Source of the DNA: Octopus vulgaris
Lineage: Eukaryota
Direction: 5' to 3'
DNA length: 64,000 bases
Assembly (NCBI GenBank): GCA_951406725.2
Contig: OX597815.1
Span: 51,026,001 to 51,090,000, forward strand
Shown: piece by piece, positions 36,241-50,274 of the stretch
Layout: each line of letters opens with the position of its first letter
How positions within the stretch are numbered: the stretch's first letter is position 1
Notes under the pieces: generated by a model
Told to the model about the DNA's origin: nothing
The model's database searches: none
The model's input: only the letters and a program-made list of their open reading frames with translations
Translations under genes and position numbers: made by a program

Positions 36241-38069
36241 CCTCCTTCTTTTTTCTTTCCTAAGCGTCCAATAATACTATATTTGTTCCACGTCCTCGCG
36301 TTGTTGTGTTTTTTTGTGCTTTCTTGTTTGGATTAACGATATATATATATATATATATCATATATATATTGCCGCACCCTTCGGGCTGAAACATTTTTAA
36401 GGATTTAAAGATATATATATATATATATATATATATATCATTATCATCATTGTTGTTTAATGCTTGAAAAAGCAATACATTTTGAAGGTGAACTCAAAAA
36501 AAGCTGCCTTTACTTTATAAGAGTAATAATAATAATAATAATGACAATAACAATAGCAACAACAATGATATTAACAGATGTTTCTAATTTAGACAGGGGG
36601 CCAATAATTTTGATGTGAGTTGGAGTTAATTGATTATGTCAATTCTAGTATTTGATTGGCTCTTTACAAGGCTGGAAAGGTGAATGACAGGTATTAATAT
36701 CCATCCTTAAAACCCCATAGTTTTTGCTTAACTTTTTTTTAATTATACATAAAATTTCAAAGCATCTTAATTGAAGTTATTAAGTCAATTCTATAGAAAA
36801 ACAACATCAAATTTATTTTGAATTCTAAATGTCCACTAAATTATGACATTTAAACTGGTTATATATTTTCATAAAGCTAAGTTAGTTCTATGCTAAACTA
36901 AAAAGAAAGGACACATGAAAGCATGCTAAGCTTTAAGGCAACAGATGTATATTCCTGACTACTAAGTTTCTATGAGATCATTTGTATAACCAGATTTCTG
37001 GTGGATTCTGTCAGTTTCTAGATATTCATTCTTAAGCTGGAATCCATACTGACATGACAAATCTGACTCAACGAAGCTTTGTGTTAGTTTTGTTACACAT
37101 CTTTGGTGCTCAAGAAATTTATCTCACAGACGAAGATAAAGAGGCTGTGATAGGATTATTATTTGACAAAGAACTTGAGATAAAGATTTAAGATTAGAAT
37201 TAGCTATCTACCCCAATCCTTAGATATTGAAAAATCTTGTGGAATGTGTCTTATTTGTGTTATGTTCATTCATATTATTGTTTTCAATGAAAATATGCTT
37301 TATTCTATCAGCCATTTACATACAGTTTAAGATAAAAATATTGATAGCAAATAATTTTTTCTGTGTGTCTGAGTGAAAAATAGTAATAATAAAACTAATA
37401 AAACTAATTATAATAGTAATTTAAATTTATCAAGTTTGTTGGCTTTTAAAATAGGATTTTATGTTTTTTTTCTTTTCAGATTTTGTAGGAATTGACCCTT
37501 AGATTCTATCTGAAATACTGGTTTCAAATTTTGGTACAAGACTAGCAATTTCTGGAAAGGGGTAAGTCAATTACTTCGACCCCAGTGCTCACCTGATACA
37601 CATTTTATCAACCTCAAAAGGATAAAAAACAAATCAGGCATTGTCAGAATTAGAACTCAGAACATAAAGACAGACAAAATGCCTCTAAGCATTTTGTCAG
37701 CCATGTTAACACTTCTACTAGCTTGCCACCTTGATTCTATCTGAAATATTAAAATTATTAATAAATATTAGTTTTTCATTTACAAAAATATAAATTTCTT
37801 TTTAATGCTACAATGTTTGTGAAGTTTATGTTTGTAGTTAATTGGGTTCAAACCAGTTAATTCCTGTTGTGTTACCACTCCCAAAGAAATGAATATCAAT
37901 GTTAATATTTTATCTAGTAGAATTTGGAAGTGAAATGTCCCACAACCATGTGGTTTCAGGTTCAATTGTACTGAGTAGCATTTTGGGCCAAGAACTTGTG
38001 AGTGAAATTTGGTAGACAGAAATTGTATGTAAGTTTGATGTACATGCATGCATGCCCATATACACACAC

Positions 38070-38103
<34 letters not shown>

Positions 38104-38105
38104 CA

Positions 38106-38562
38106 ACAAAATAATAAATAAAACATATGCATATATACATACATATATGTACGTACCTACATCTATCTGTATATATACATGCATATATGGGTACAGGACA
38201 CCAAAAAAACGTTGAACAAAATGAGGAACAAAAACATAAAAACAGAACCATGGAAACGGACATTTTTTTAAACAATGGAAAAACAGGGTACAAGACATAC
38301 AACACAAGGAAAATTCCTTCGAAACACGGAGTAGACGAAACGGAGGTGGCTGAAGAAGGGGAATTTTCCTTGTGTTGTATGTCTTGTACCCTTTTTTTCG
38401 TTGTTTAAAAAAATGTCCGTTTCCATGGTTCTGTTTTTATGTTTTTGTTTCTCATTGTGTTCGACGTTCTTTTTTGGTGTCCTGTACCAATATATGCATG
38501 TATATATACATATAGATGTAGGTACGTATGTATATATGCATATGTTTTATTTATTATTTTGT
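38106..38562. repeat. Long inverted repeat (~205-bp arms, ~42-bp spacer) embedded in (TA)n
   Basis: 38106-38317 is the near-perfect reverse complement of 38360-38562. Confidence 0.95.
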
Positions 38563-38600
38563 ATTATATGATTGAACGCCATGCATCCTCTTCCAAGTAA

Positions 38601-38640
<40 letters not shown>

Positions 38641-38656
38641 CACACTCATAGACATA

Positions 38657-39420
38657 CAGGGTGTAAGGACTACTTGGGGGACATTTAATCAACATATTAT
38701 TTTCTTCAAACCAATTAAAAGGTTTTCATTTCTTTTAAATTCTCCCATGGCAAATAAAATGTTAACACAAGAAATGAAAAGATATGAATTCATTGCTACC
38801 ATAAGTGTGGAACACAGACATTTAGAGACTGATAACTTTCTAAATGTTGCAAGATCTTTTGTATACAAAGCTTGGATGGAATAAGAAACCTCTGGCAGAA
38901 ATGTTCCAATTGTATCAAAGACAGAAAAAAAAACATTCTAAATGTTTGATCACTATAAGGCTACTGCAATTCATCCTACAATTTCAAAATGTTATTGATG
39001 ATGATCCCCCAAAAATCAATGAGGGCCATCACCAAAGAATTTTGAATATCAGTGTGGACTATCAGAATATCAGAGTGCACAAAGGCATTCGATACAAGTC
39101 ATATGTCATCGTTATCATCAGCTTTATCTCATATCTGAGAATTTAGTTTCCTCTTTGCTGAACACATCCTTTATGGTGATAGTGTTGATGACTTAGTTGA
39201 CCAGTTCTTGCATAGAAGATTCAGTGACATTGTCATGTGTACTAAAGAGCCATTTCATGATTGTAAAGACACAGGAAAACCATTTAATCCATACCAAGCA
39301 GTTACTTAGCAAGGTTAAAAATCATCATGAACATTGCATGCTTTGCTTCTTCTGTGATGAGAAGAAATTTAACCAAGACCAAAAGTCTAACAGGAGAAAT
39401 AACTGTATTAAAACGAGGAC
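38657..39420 (+). mobile_element. maT/Tc1-mariner transposon, decayed 5' half
   Basis: TA-CAGGGTG TIR start; FFCDEKKFNQDQKSNRRNN; homologous to the element at 51023-52285. Confidence 0.8.
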
Positions 39421-41944
39421 ACAGTGGTTAATGCAGTCTAGAAGATAAAGATGGAATAGTCACAGATGGGTTAGGGCAGATTTGAGGAAGTTGTTTAACA
39501 ACATCAACAACACAAAAACAACAGTAACACCTGCATCGACAGTAATGACAGCAGCAAGAACAACTGCAACAAACGACAACAAAAATGATGACAACAACAA
39601 CAACAACAACAGATAATTATTTTATGGTTCCCAGAGACATGAAAGATAAAGTTAAACTTGGTGGGATTTGAATTCATAAATAAGATGAGTCTAACTAAAT
39701 TTTAAAACTATTTTGTCCAATGATGACCCTCTGCCCTCTTTGCTATTCTCCTCCAAGAACTTCTGACCTTGGTAGGATATGAACTCAGAACACGAAAAGC
39801 CAGAATAAAATTCTAATGGGATTTGAACACAGAGTCCAAAGTAATCTAGCTAAATGTTTCAAAATATTTTCTTTGTCACTCCACCACTTTTGTTGCTTCA
39901 TTGCTCTTCTATAATGATAAAAATGATAATTATTATTATTATTACTGCTGTTGTTGTTATTGTTGCTGTTTCTAATATAGGCAATAGGTCAGAAATTTGT
40001 GTAGCAAGTGAGCTAAAGCATATTCAGTATTTGACTATCAATTTATTTCATCAACACACACACACACACATACCCCAAAAGATGAAATGCAAAGTTCACC
40101 TCAGTAGAATCTGAACCCAAAACAAAAAGCGCTAGAACAAAAATCACAAGGAATTTTGTTCAGCATGCTCATTAATTTACCAATCCAGTTGATAATTATT
40201 GCTTTAATACAGGAAATTGGTGAGTTAAGAAATTAGAATTATAAGTGTGAGTTAAATTTTGAAGTGTAAGGTTTCTTTTTCTTAATGTTACTTTTCTTGG
40301 AAAAGTTTCTTTGTCCAGAAACAATCCCAAGTGGGTGAATGAAAACCAGATAATATCCCTGATTTATCAAGAAATAAGGGTGATGTAAATTAATCAGTAC
40401 AGAAGGAGCAGTGTCTATGAACTTTTGTAAGCCATCTAGACTGGTGAAGTTACCTGAACACAAGCAGGTTAATGTGGGTGAGAGTTGAACCAGGTCCAAA
40501 TCTTTACAGTAAATTAAAGTCTACAAAAAACACAATACACACACACACACACAAGAAGCCTAAAGACTAGTTGTCATAGCATTTACCTGTGTTGTATGTT
40601 AGGCTTACCACCCGAAAATAGTAGAATATCTGGAATTATATCAAGTTATTCACCTTGTACATATACTTGTTTTGATAACTTTTGAACTGAGGAAAAGCTC
40701 AGTGGATCTCAGTAAATTTTGAACACAAATGTAATGGAAGATAATGAAATATTGATTTCAAAGCTTGGCACAAGGCCAGCAGTTTTGATGGAAGAGATGA
40801 GTAGATTACACCAACCTCCAATGCTAATTTGGTACTTATTTTATCGACCCTAGAAGGATGAAAGGTAAGACTGACCTTGGCAGAATTTAAACTCAGAATG
40901 TAAAGATGAATGAAATGCTGCTAATCATCTTGCCTGGTGTGTTAACAATCCTACCAGTTCACCACCTTACAATAATGAAATATTGCATAGCATTTAATGC
41001 AATACACTTCAACTTCTGTTACTTTGATCTTATACTTCTTAATGACTGTTTCTCAACAAGGTGTCAAGCTGGCAGAATCGTTAGCACACCAAGTAAAATG
41101 TTTAGCGGCATTTCATCCGTCTTTACATTCTGAGTTCAAATTCTACTGAGGTCAACTTTGCCCTACATAAGGCAGTGAGCTGGCAGAGTTCTTAGTATGC
41201 TGGGGAAAATGCTTAGCAGCATTTTGTCAATTTTTACATTCTGAATTCAAATTCGGCCAAAGTAGACTTTGCCTTTCATCCTTTTGGGGGTCAATAAAAT
41301 AAGTACCAGTTGAGCATTGGAAGTCAGTGTAATTGACTTACTCCCTTTCCCGAAATTACTAGCTTTGTGTCAAAATTTGAAATCAATTATTGTTCCTTAC
41401 ATAGACACAGGGCCAGAAATTATGAGGGAGAGGTTAGTTGACTGCATCAAAGAAGAAGAATGTAACTAAATATGCAGTCCATTAGGTCCAGTAATGCCTC
41501 TCTGCCCTCTTTACTCACTGGCAAGGATTTCTGACATAGACATAGAGAGCCACACATTTGGGAAGGATTATGTTATAGATTCTAGTGTACTAGATACTTC
41601 TTTTTGATAAATTTGGTGGGGGGAATAAGTTAATTAAATTGACTCCAGTATTTGACTAGTAGTATATTTTATTGACCCCCAGTGAAGTTGAAAGCCAAAG
41701 TAGGCATCAACAAGGTTTGAGCACTGAACATAAAGTGCCAGAACAAATACTGTACAACATTTTGTCCACTACTCTAAAGATCCTGAAGAACTGTCACTAC
41801 TACATTTTATTCTTTAATAATGGTTAGTGATTTCTAACATCAACACAAAAGCACATATTTGAGTAAGTTACACAGTCAGTTATATCGACCTCAGAAACTG
41901 ACTGGTACTTAGTTTAGCAACTCTAGGTAAAGTTAACTTGGATA

Positions 41945-42107
41945 GGGCTTGACCTTAGCAGGACTTGACCTTGGTAGGACTTGACCTTGGCAGGACTCGA
42001 CCTTGGCAGGACTTGGACTTAGCAGGACTTGGCCTTACAGGACTTGGCCTTGGCAGGACTTGACCAGGGCAAGGCTTGACCTGGGTAGGTCTTGACCTGG
42101 GTAAGAC
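41945..42107. repeat. 16-bp minisatellite (TTGACCTTGGCAGGAC, ~10 copies) arising inside a SINE A relic
   Basis: Tandem units directly visible; the unit matches the SINE A minus-strand segment TTGACCTTGGCAGAAT (e.g. 13085-13100). Confidence 0.9.
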
Positions 42108-43634
42108 ATATTTGTGCAAGTGTCAGTCATATCAACCTCAGAAATTGATAGGTACTTATTTTATCAGCCCCAAGTAAAGTTGACTTGGCTTGGACTTGAA
42201 CTCAGACTGTGAAAGAATGTAAAAGTATATTTTGTCTGCTGCTCTAATGATTCTGTCACTCATGTTTTAAAGAGGTAAATGTTTAATTAGAGAAAGGAGG
42301 ACTTAGTTAATTGAATAGACATTAGTCAGCATATTGCTAATGATTGTTACATTGACCCTGGAAGTGTGAAAAGACAAAACTGGCATCAGCAGGAATTGAA
42401 CTCAGAACATCAAGGGACAGTAGTAATCATTATAATGTATTTGATCCAGTAATCTATCCTTTCTGTCAGCTCACCCTCTCATTATTAGTCATGATGATGA
42501 TATTGATGATGATGGTGGTGGTGGTGGTGACAACGATGCCGACGATAGTTATGATGATGATGATGATGATGATGATGAAGAGGGTTAGTGGGAGGAGCAG
42601 GCTATGAAGATGACAAAAACAACAGTGGTGATGATAGTGGGGAAGGGGGTCATGAAGATTAAAAGAGAAGAAAAAATCATAAATAAATAGATAAATAAAT
42701 AAAGACTATCACAAAACTATTTGGAAGGAAATGATTTATATTACCATTTACAATAGATTCTTAATTGAGTTCCTAACAGAATGGTGTATATTTACGAAGA
42801 AAATTGATGTTGTTTTAAATTTTCCTAATATACTCCTATTTTGAATCAGTGACTTTTGTTAATTAATTCTCCCTACCTCCGGTGACTTTTTCCACCCTTT
42901 TATTGTCTCAACACCTCAATTTCATTATCATTGCCTCTTTTTTCTGCTTTTTTTATTTTTATTATGTTAATATAAGTATTTTTATTTGCCTATTTTTGTC
43001 TCTTTTCATCCCATCCCATCTCTCTCTCTCTCTCTGTCTGTCTCTCTCAATTTATCTATCTCTTTCATTCTCTCCCTCTCTTTCTGATATCCCAATTCTT
43101 CTCTTTTTATTTTGTACTTTGTTGCTGTGTTTATATTTCTACAGGATGAAGAGGAAATCTTCAATAGACATTTTTCAAATGATTTATGATTTTACATTCT
43201 TGAAAAAGTAAAACTAACAAGTAAAATAAAACCAAACAAAACAAAAAAAAAAGCAGAGAAACAGAATAAGATAAGCTGTTTGCTTATCATTGTCAGCAAC
43301 AAATGCGAAATAAAAGAAAAGAAGAAGGAATAAAGAAAAGGACAAAAACAAAGTACACTGAACTGATGGCAATAATTTTACATGTATGTATGTTTGTATG
43401 TATGTATTTTTGTATGTATATATATCATATATATATATATACACAAACACACATACACACACACATATATATATACATATATATATGCATACATATGTAT
43501 AAATATATATACATACATATGTATATATTTACATATATATGTGTGTGTGTGTGTGTCTATTTTTGATTTGTTTTAGTCATTGGACTATAGCCCTGCTGGG
43601 GCACTGCCTTAAATATATATACATTATATATTTA

Positions 43635-43682
<48 letters not shown>

Positions 43683-45045
43683 CATATACACATACATATG
43701 TATATATATGCACATATATATATGTATATGTATATACACATATAATGCATATTTATGTTTATGTAATATATATGTGTGTGTATGTATATCATGCATACAT
43801 ATATACATGTTTACAAGTATACATACATATATATATGTATATATGCATGTATGTATATACATACATGCATATAAATGTATGTATTTGTATCAGTTTTGTT
43901 TACAATTTTACTGTTTTCTTAAAGAAGTCTGTTAGATGTCTAAGATCCTATATGTGTGTAAAGCCACCATACAACCAATATCAGAATCACTAACAATATG
44001 TTAGAAAAATTGGTCAGCTAAAACTAGCTCCGGAAGAGAGATTTTTGGCAAAATTTATGACATATGTAGAATTGTCTTCAATCTATATTTTATATGAGAA
44101 AGTTCTAATAGACTTCTACTTGTTTTTTTTTCTTCTTCATTTTATTTTTTAGGAATAATAGAAGAAAAAATATAAAACAGGAGAAGAGAGAAAGAGGAGA
44201 AGCGATATGAAAGAAATTGACTGGAGGCAATCATTCCTTACCATTCCAGTGGAAATGTCAATTCTCAGGAAAACATTTGTCCAGTTTATGAACTTGATGA
44301 TTTCTTTTCCTTTCTTTTCTCCTCCAGCCCTCGAAGGTCACATCCAGGCCACATAATCATTATCATTATAATTATTATCATTTTTTTATCTACTTTTTTT
44401 TTCATTCTGGCATGGATTGGACAAGATTTCTTAAAGGCAACATTCTATAGCCAGATGCCCTTCCTGACATCTGTCATTTCTTGTTTTCAAGTATGGTGCT
44501 TCATTGCACACCTTTGCATGGTGAATTGCTGTCAGGCATTTTGTTTGTGGCATTACCATTGTCCAGACAGTATCAATATATAGACATATAGAGATAAATA
44601 ACACACACACACACACACACATACATACATATAATTGGATAGATAAACATACATATATATAATATATATATATACACACATAACGCCACAGACCCTTATA
44701 ATTGGATAAATAAACATATATATATATATGTGTGTGTATGTATATATATATTTAAACACAAGAGAAACTACCTTTAACAGGTAATTTTACATGCTAGAAG
44801 AAGCAGTCAAAACGACCAAAACCACATTTAAGAGCAATTTCGAAGGGAATGAAAAATATAAACTTTTACCTTGTTATTTTTTTACGGCTATACCTAGGTT
44901 TCGAATTTTTTTAGCAAACAAAATAATTTGCCAGGGGAAATTTGCACTATTTTATATTGAGAATATGTTATCTATTGACTTTTTATACATGCTAGGCCAC
45001 TGGTAGTGAAATTTCTAAAAGTATTCGCTACTCTATATATTTTAC

Positions 45046-45116
<71 letters not shown>

Positions 45117-45119
45117 AGC

Positions 45120-45800
45120 ATACTTGAAATAGCTTCTTTTAAATGTTCAAATGGCTCATTTGAAAATGTCAATAGTTTTCATTGTCTCAGAGACATAATC
45201 AGCAGGAAAGGGGTTTGCACTGAAAGTATAATACCCAAGATATAAACAGGCTGGAAAAACTTCATGGAGAGACGACCACAGCTGGCAACAGAGCCCTTTT
45301 CTCTCCCAGTGAAAGATAGATTGTATGATGCTTATGCAAGAACTGTATGAAGCATGGTAGTGAAATATTGGCCCTGAATGCAGAGGACTTAGAAAAACAG
45401 AAAAGAAATGAAGCAAGCATGCTTTATTGGGTGCACAATGTAAGTGTACATGAATGACAAAGTATGTGTTGAGTATAAATGTGTTGAGAGAAATATTGGA
45501 TATAAGAGGAATCAGAGAGAGTGTGCATGAGAGAAGATTGTACTGGTTAGGACATGTGAGGCATGAGGGTGAAGACAGCTGTATAAATAAGTTTTGATCA
45601 CTTAATGTGAATGGATCTTATGGAAGAGGAAGACTGAGGAAGGCTTGGGACAAAGTGTGAAGAGCAATCAAAGTAGTGAAGACCTTGAACCTCACTAAGG
45701 AGGTGACAAAGGTAGTGAAAGCATTGAACCTCACTGAGGGGATGACAAAGGAGCTAGATGACTGGCAATATATGGTACTCAAGAAAACCCACCCATCTTG
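45120..45800 (+). pseudogene. Old RTE LINE 3' ORF fragment
   Basis: ENVNSFHCLRD..GVCTES, VKDRLYDA, HGSE, WLGHV and RGRLRKAW motifs in broken frames; homologous to 48730-49300. Confidence 0.8.
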
Positions 45801-46806
45801 GTGAAACAAATTCTGGAAGTGGCGCATATATAAATATAGACACACAACTGAGTCCCTCACCCAAACACCTAATTTCCCCCTCTCCGTCAAACTATCCCCA
45901 CCCATCCATCATTTCTCTTTCACTGATCCCTTCTTCACCTGCCTAACTGCAGTAATCTGCTACTGTAATTATGTGAGCAAAACTGTAGATTTCATTATCG
46001 TTTTCTTTGATATCAGTTTTCTTTCTCACTACCAGGAACTATTTCCCTTGATAGCCACCATTCATTCTTAATACTGTCCCTCCACATTTTATATTCATTG
46101 CCTTTCTGTGCCACCATATATTTCTGTACTGAGTGGAGTTGGTATGCAAGTAGCTAACTCAGAGAAACAGAAGTTGCCTTAGAATAGTCAGCAAGAGAAG
46201 ACAGTGCATCCATGGGACATAGACTGTAGTGTGTTAGTGAGTGAATTTTTGCCATTCAGTTAGAAGTCTTAGATATGAACCAGGGTTATTTATTTGAGTA
46301 GCATCAGTACTGAATTCCAATGTTGGTCTTTTTTGCACTTATTTTCAGAAGATCAGCAATTTATCAGTCTGAAGAATTATTTTGGTCTTGATGATGAAGT
46401 TTAGTTTTTATGATGTAATTATATCAATGCTAAATTCATGTGGTTACCATGAGAGGATCCTCAGAGACTGTGTAGATATTTCCAAAGGATCAACCCTTGA
46501 GCATTCAGATTTCTGTCAAATGTAATGCTTATTTATTCACATTGATATGAATTAATCATTTCAATGATGTGATTGCTAATTTTTAGAATAATATTGTAGG
46601 GTAAATAAGAGAGGCTAGCTCTGCTTATTTTGAAGATAAGCAGATAGCTTATTTTGGCCAGATATGGCCAGTTTAATTGCTAAAGGGGTGATTATAAATA
46701 GTTTATGGGTGGAAAGAATAAGACACAAAACTCTTTGTTTTCATTTTTATACATGCATGGACAGTGTCTTTTATACTTTTAAAAGAAACTAGAGTTTTAT
46801 GTCACA

Positions 46807-46845
46807 TGAAGTGATGGTTTAAAACTGTTTTAAACCATCACTTCA
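46807..46845. repeat. Perfect palindrome, 19-bp arms with 1-nt spacer
   Basis: TGAAGTGATGGTTTAAAAC-T-GTTTTAAACCATCACTTCA. Confidence 0.97.
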
Positions 46846-48169
46846 GTAATACAGTCTCAAAATATATTGCACACTCCCTTTTGAATTGTGAAGTCTGTAA
46901 AAATTGTGACGTTGTTTTAACTTGATGAGTTCCCAGTTTCTGTATTGTGTTTGGTGGAGGCAGTGAGACACTCTAGGCTTAAACTGTGCTCAATAGGTAG
47001 TGAGAAAATGTCCTTTCTGTAATGTTTTCACTTGGGTAAGATAGCTAACAGCTGGAAATGAAAGTGGTAAGAATATAGCAACCAACCCTCTGTTCAGCAA
47101 TACAATACTTTCAGTTATGTGCTAACAAGTGGGCTGCTATATGGTCTTAAAAACTGCTTGAAAAAGCAGCTAAATATCCATCACATTACATTCTAATATC
47201 TAAATAAAAATGTAAGAAGCAACATATTGGAAGATACACTCATAGTTCTAAATGTTCAAGGATACAGGATGAACACAGCTGGAACACATTTGATTGTATG
47301 TTCATTCAATCCAGGTTGACTTGGGCTAAACAACAAAGGAAATAAGAATACCTTCAGATATGCAGATAAATATTCATATGTCTGGAAGAATGAGAGCATG
47401 TGTCTATATGCGTGTGCAACAAACCATACATATAGCATATGAAGGATATTTGCAGGGTAAAAACAAATACAAGCTTTGAATGGTTGGTATGTTATTGAAA
47501 TCATTTATTGAGAGTGATTATTGGAGTACATTGGCAAGAAGAATGTATCTTGGTGCCAAGATGTGTGTGTATATGTATGTATATATATATGTATGTACCC
47601 AAAACACACTCACACATGCATATATGTTTGTGTCTGTGTGTATTATATGTATAAAGGTATTTGAGTGTGTATGTATGTGTGTGAGTGTGTGTTGTGTGTG
47701 TATGTATGTAAGTGTATTTATGTATATATAGGGAGGGAGGGATAGATAAATAGATACAGATATGTGTGTATGTATGTGTGTGTATATATATATATATATA
47801 TATTTAGGTAAGGTCGTTGTTGTGGTATCTGTCAATACAGAGTAGCGTGAAGATTGAACGCCACGCATCCCTTTCCAAGTAAGTTTTATCTATTTATATA
47901 TATATATACAAGCATGCAAACGTATGCAGGTATATGCATTTGTGTTTCTATTATAGTTTTACAGTTCTGGGCCAGCTACTTTCTTTTGAGGGAATTTGGT
48001 TGTTGAAGACTGAAAGAGCCCCATTGAAAATCACATAGTTAAGGGTTCTGTCCCGCACAATCAATGCTCTCAGTTGATATCCTCTTTTATAACCATTGAT
48101 TGACCAATATTTTGTGAGTGAAACTCGTTGATGAAAACTGAAAAAGAGCAATGTATATGTCTGCATATA

Positions 48170-49757
48170 TGTGGAAACTGGGGATGGACAAATAGTTAAT
48201 AAGGGCTGTACAGGCCCTATACAGAGATGCTGTTAGTAAGGTTAGGGTTGGCAATGAGTATAGTGAAGAATTCCAGATAGAAGTAGGGTTCCACCAAGGA
48301 TCAACCCTCAGCCCCCTCTTATTCATCATAGTCCTCCAGGCAATAACAGAAGAATTCAAGACAGAATGCCCCTAAGAGCTCTTCTATGCTGATGACCTGG
48401 CCCTCATAGCAGAATCACTGCTAGAACTAGAGAAGAAATTTCAGGTGTGGAAGCAAGGTTTAGAATCGAAGGGCCTGACCAAAGTTCTAGTAAATAGGAA
48501 GGTGAACACATCACACACCCCTTCAAGTAGGTGGCCCTGCTCAATCTGTAGAAAAGGTGTAGGTAGAAACTCCATAAGATGTACCAAGTGTAAGCTATGA
48601 ACACATAAGTGGTGCAGCAACATCAAAGGGAGATTAACCGGGAAGATAGCTTTCATGTGCGGCAGATGCACAGGGGCAATAAACACCACAGATGCTCCGA
48701 AAACAGATTCCATCACATGCCAGGGGAAGAAACTAGAAGTAGTTGATAGCTTCTGCTACCAAGTCTGTAGTGAGGGTGGGGTGCTCACAGAGTGTCACCA
48801 CTAGAATACGAATAGCCTGGGCAAAGTTTAGAAAGCTTCTACCCCTACTGGTGACAAAGGGCCTCTCCCTCAGAGTGAAAGGTAGACTATATGATGCATG
48901 TGTGTGAACTGCCATATTTCACGGCAGTGAAACATGAGCCGTGACTGCTGAAGACATGTGTCAGCTCTAAAGAAATGAAGCTAGCATGATCCACTGGATG
49001 TGTAATGTCAGTGTGCTTACACAACAGAGTGTAAGCACCCTGAGAGAAATGTGGGACATAAGAAGCAATGGATGTGGCATGTAAGAGAGGTGTTTGTGTT
49101 GGTTTGGCTATGTACTATGGGTGGATGAGGAGAGCTGTGGGAAGAAGTACCGCTCCCAAACAGTGGAAGGAATCCGGGTTAGAGGGAAACCCAGGAAGAC
49201 ATAGGATGAGGTGGTGAAGCTTGACCTTCAAACGTTGGGCCTCACAAAGGCAATGACAAAAGACCGAGACCTTTGGAGATATGCTGTGACTGAGCAGACC
49301 TAGCAAATAAAGTGAGTTCACAGTTGTAACCTACACCAGTGTCTCATAACCAGTCCATTCAAAAGTAGCTTGGATCATAGAGTAACATGCCATTGAATCA
49401 AGTACATCAAAATCAAAATCAAATGGAAATTGTAGTTGTGATCCCCGTACTGGTGGCACATAAAAAGCACCATCCGAACGTGGCCAATGCCAGCGCTACT
49501 TTGACTGGCTTCTGTGACGGTGGCACATAAAAAGCACCAACCGTTCATAGTCGATGCCAGCCACCTCTGGCCCATGTGCCAGTGGCACGTAAAAAGCACC
49601 CACTACACTCTCGGAGTGGTTGGCATTAAGAAGGGCATCCAGCTGTAGAAAAACTGCCAGATCAGACTGGAGCCTGGTACATGCTCCTGGCTTCCCAGAC
49701 TCGTCAAATCATTCACTCCATGCCAGCATGGAAAACGGACGTTAAACGATGATGATA
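48170..49757 (+). mobile_element. 5'-truncated RTE-clade LINE (RT pseudogene with embedded PHD finger, plus 3'UTR)
   Basis: VGFHQGSTLSPLLF, FYADDL, WPCSICRKGVGRNSIRCTKC..THKWC..FMCGRC and RGKPRKT motifs, with several stops; (GAT)n tail. Confidence 0.93.
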
Positions 49758-50022
49758 TATATACACATTGATCTTTATCACTAATATTGAACAGGTTGGA
49801 GCATCCCTAAATAAATACATATATTGTGCAAAAGAACATAATAAAAAAAAGCTCATCAAAATTAACAAAGATCATGATTCTCAACTAAAAATTGAACTGA
49901 ATATATATATATACACACACAAATGTAAAAGGAAGGAGAAGAGCTAATTAATGAGACAGATGTGCTATAAAATATACATACATACATACATACATACATA
50001 CATACATACATACATACATACA

Positions 50023-50058
<36 letters not shown>

Positions 50059-50231
50059 TATTTATATATATAATATCATCATTGCCAACATCATTATTAC
50101 CATAATCAACATTGTCAGCAAATAAATGTACAGCCACCAGAAAATCTGTTTGTATGCATGCATTTGTGTGTGTGAGCAAGTGTATCAGTATGTGTTTGTG
50201 TGTGTGTGTGTGCATGCATGCATGTGTATAA

Positions 50232-50274
<43 letters not shown>

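Noticed and set aside
41945-42107. CRISPR-like array
   Set aside because: Contiguous tandem units with no unique spacers, no cas genes and a eukaryotic context.
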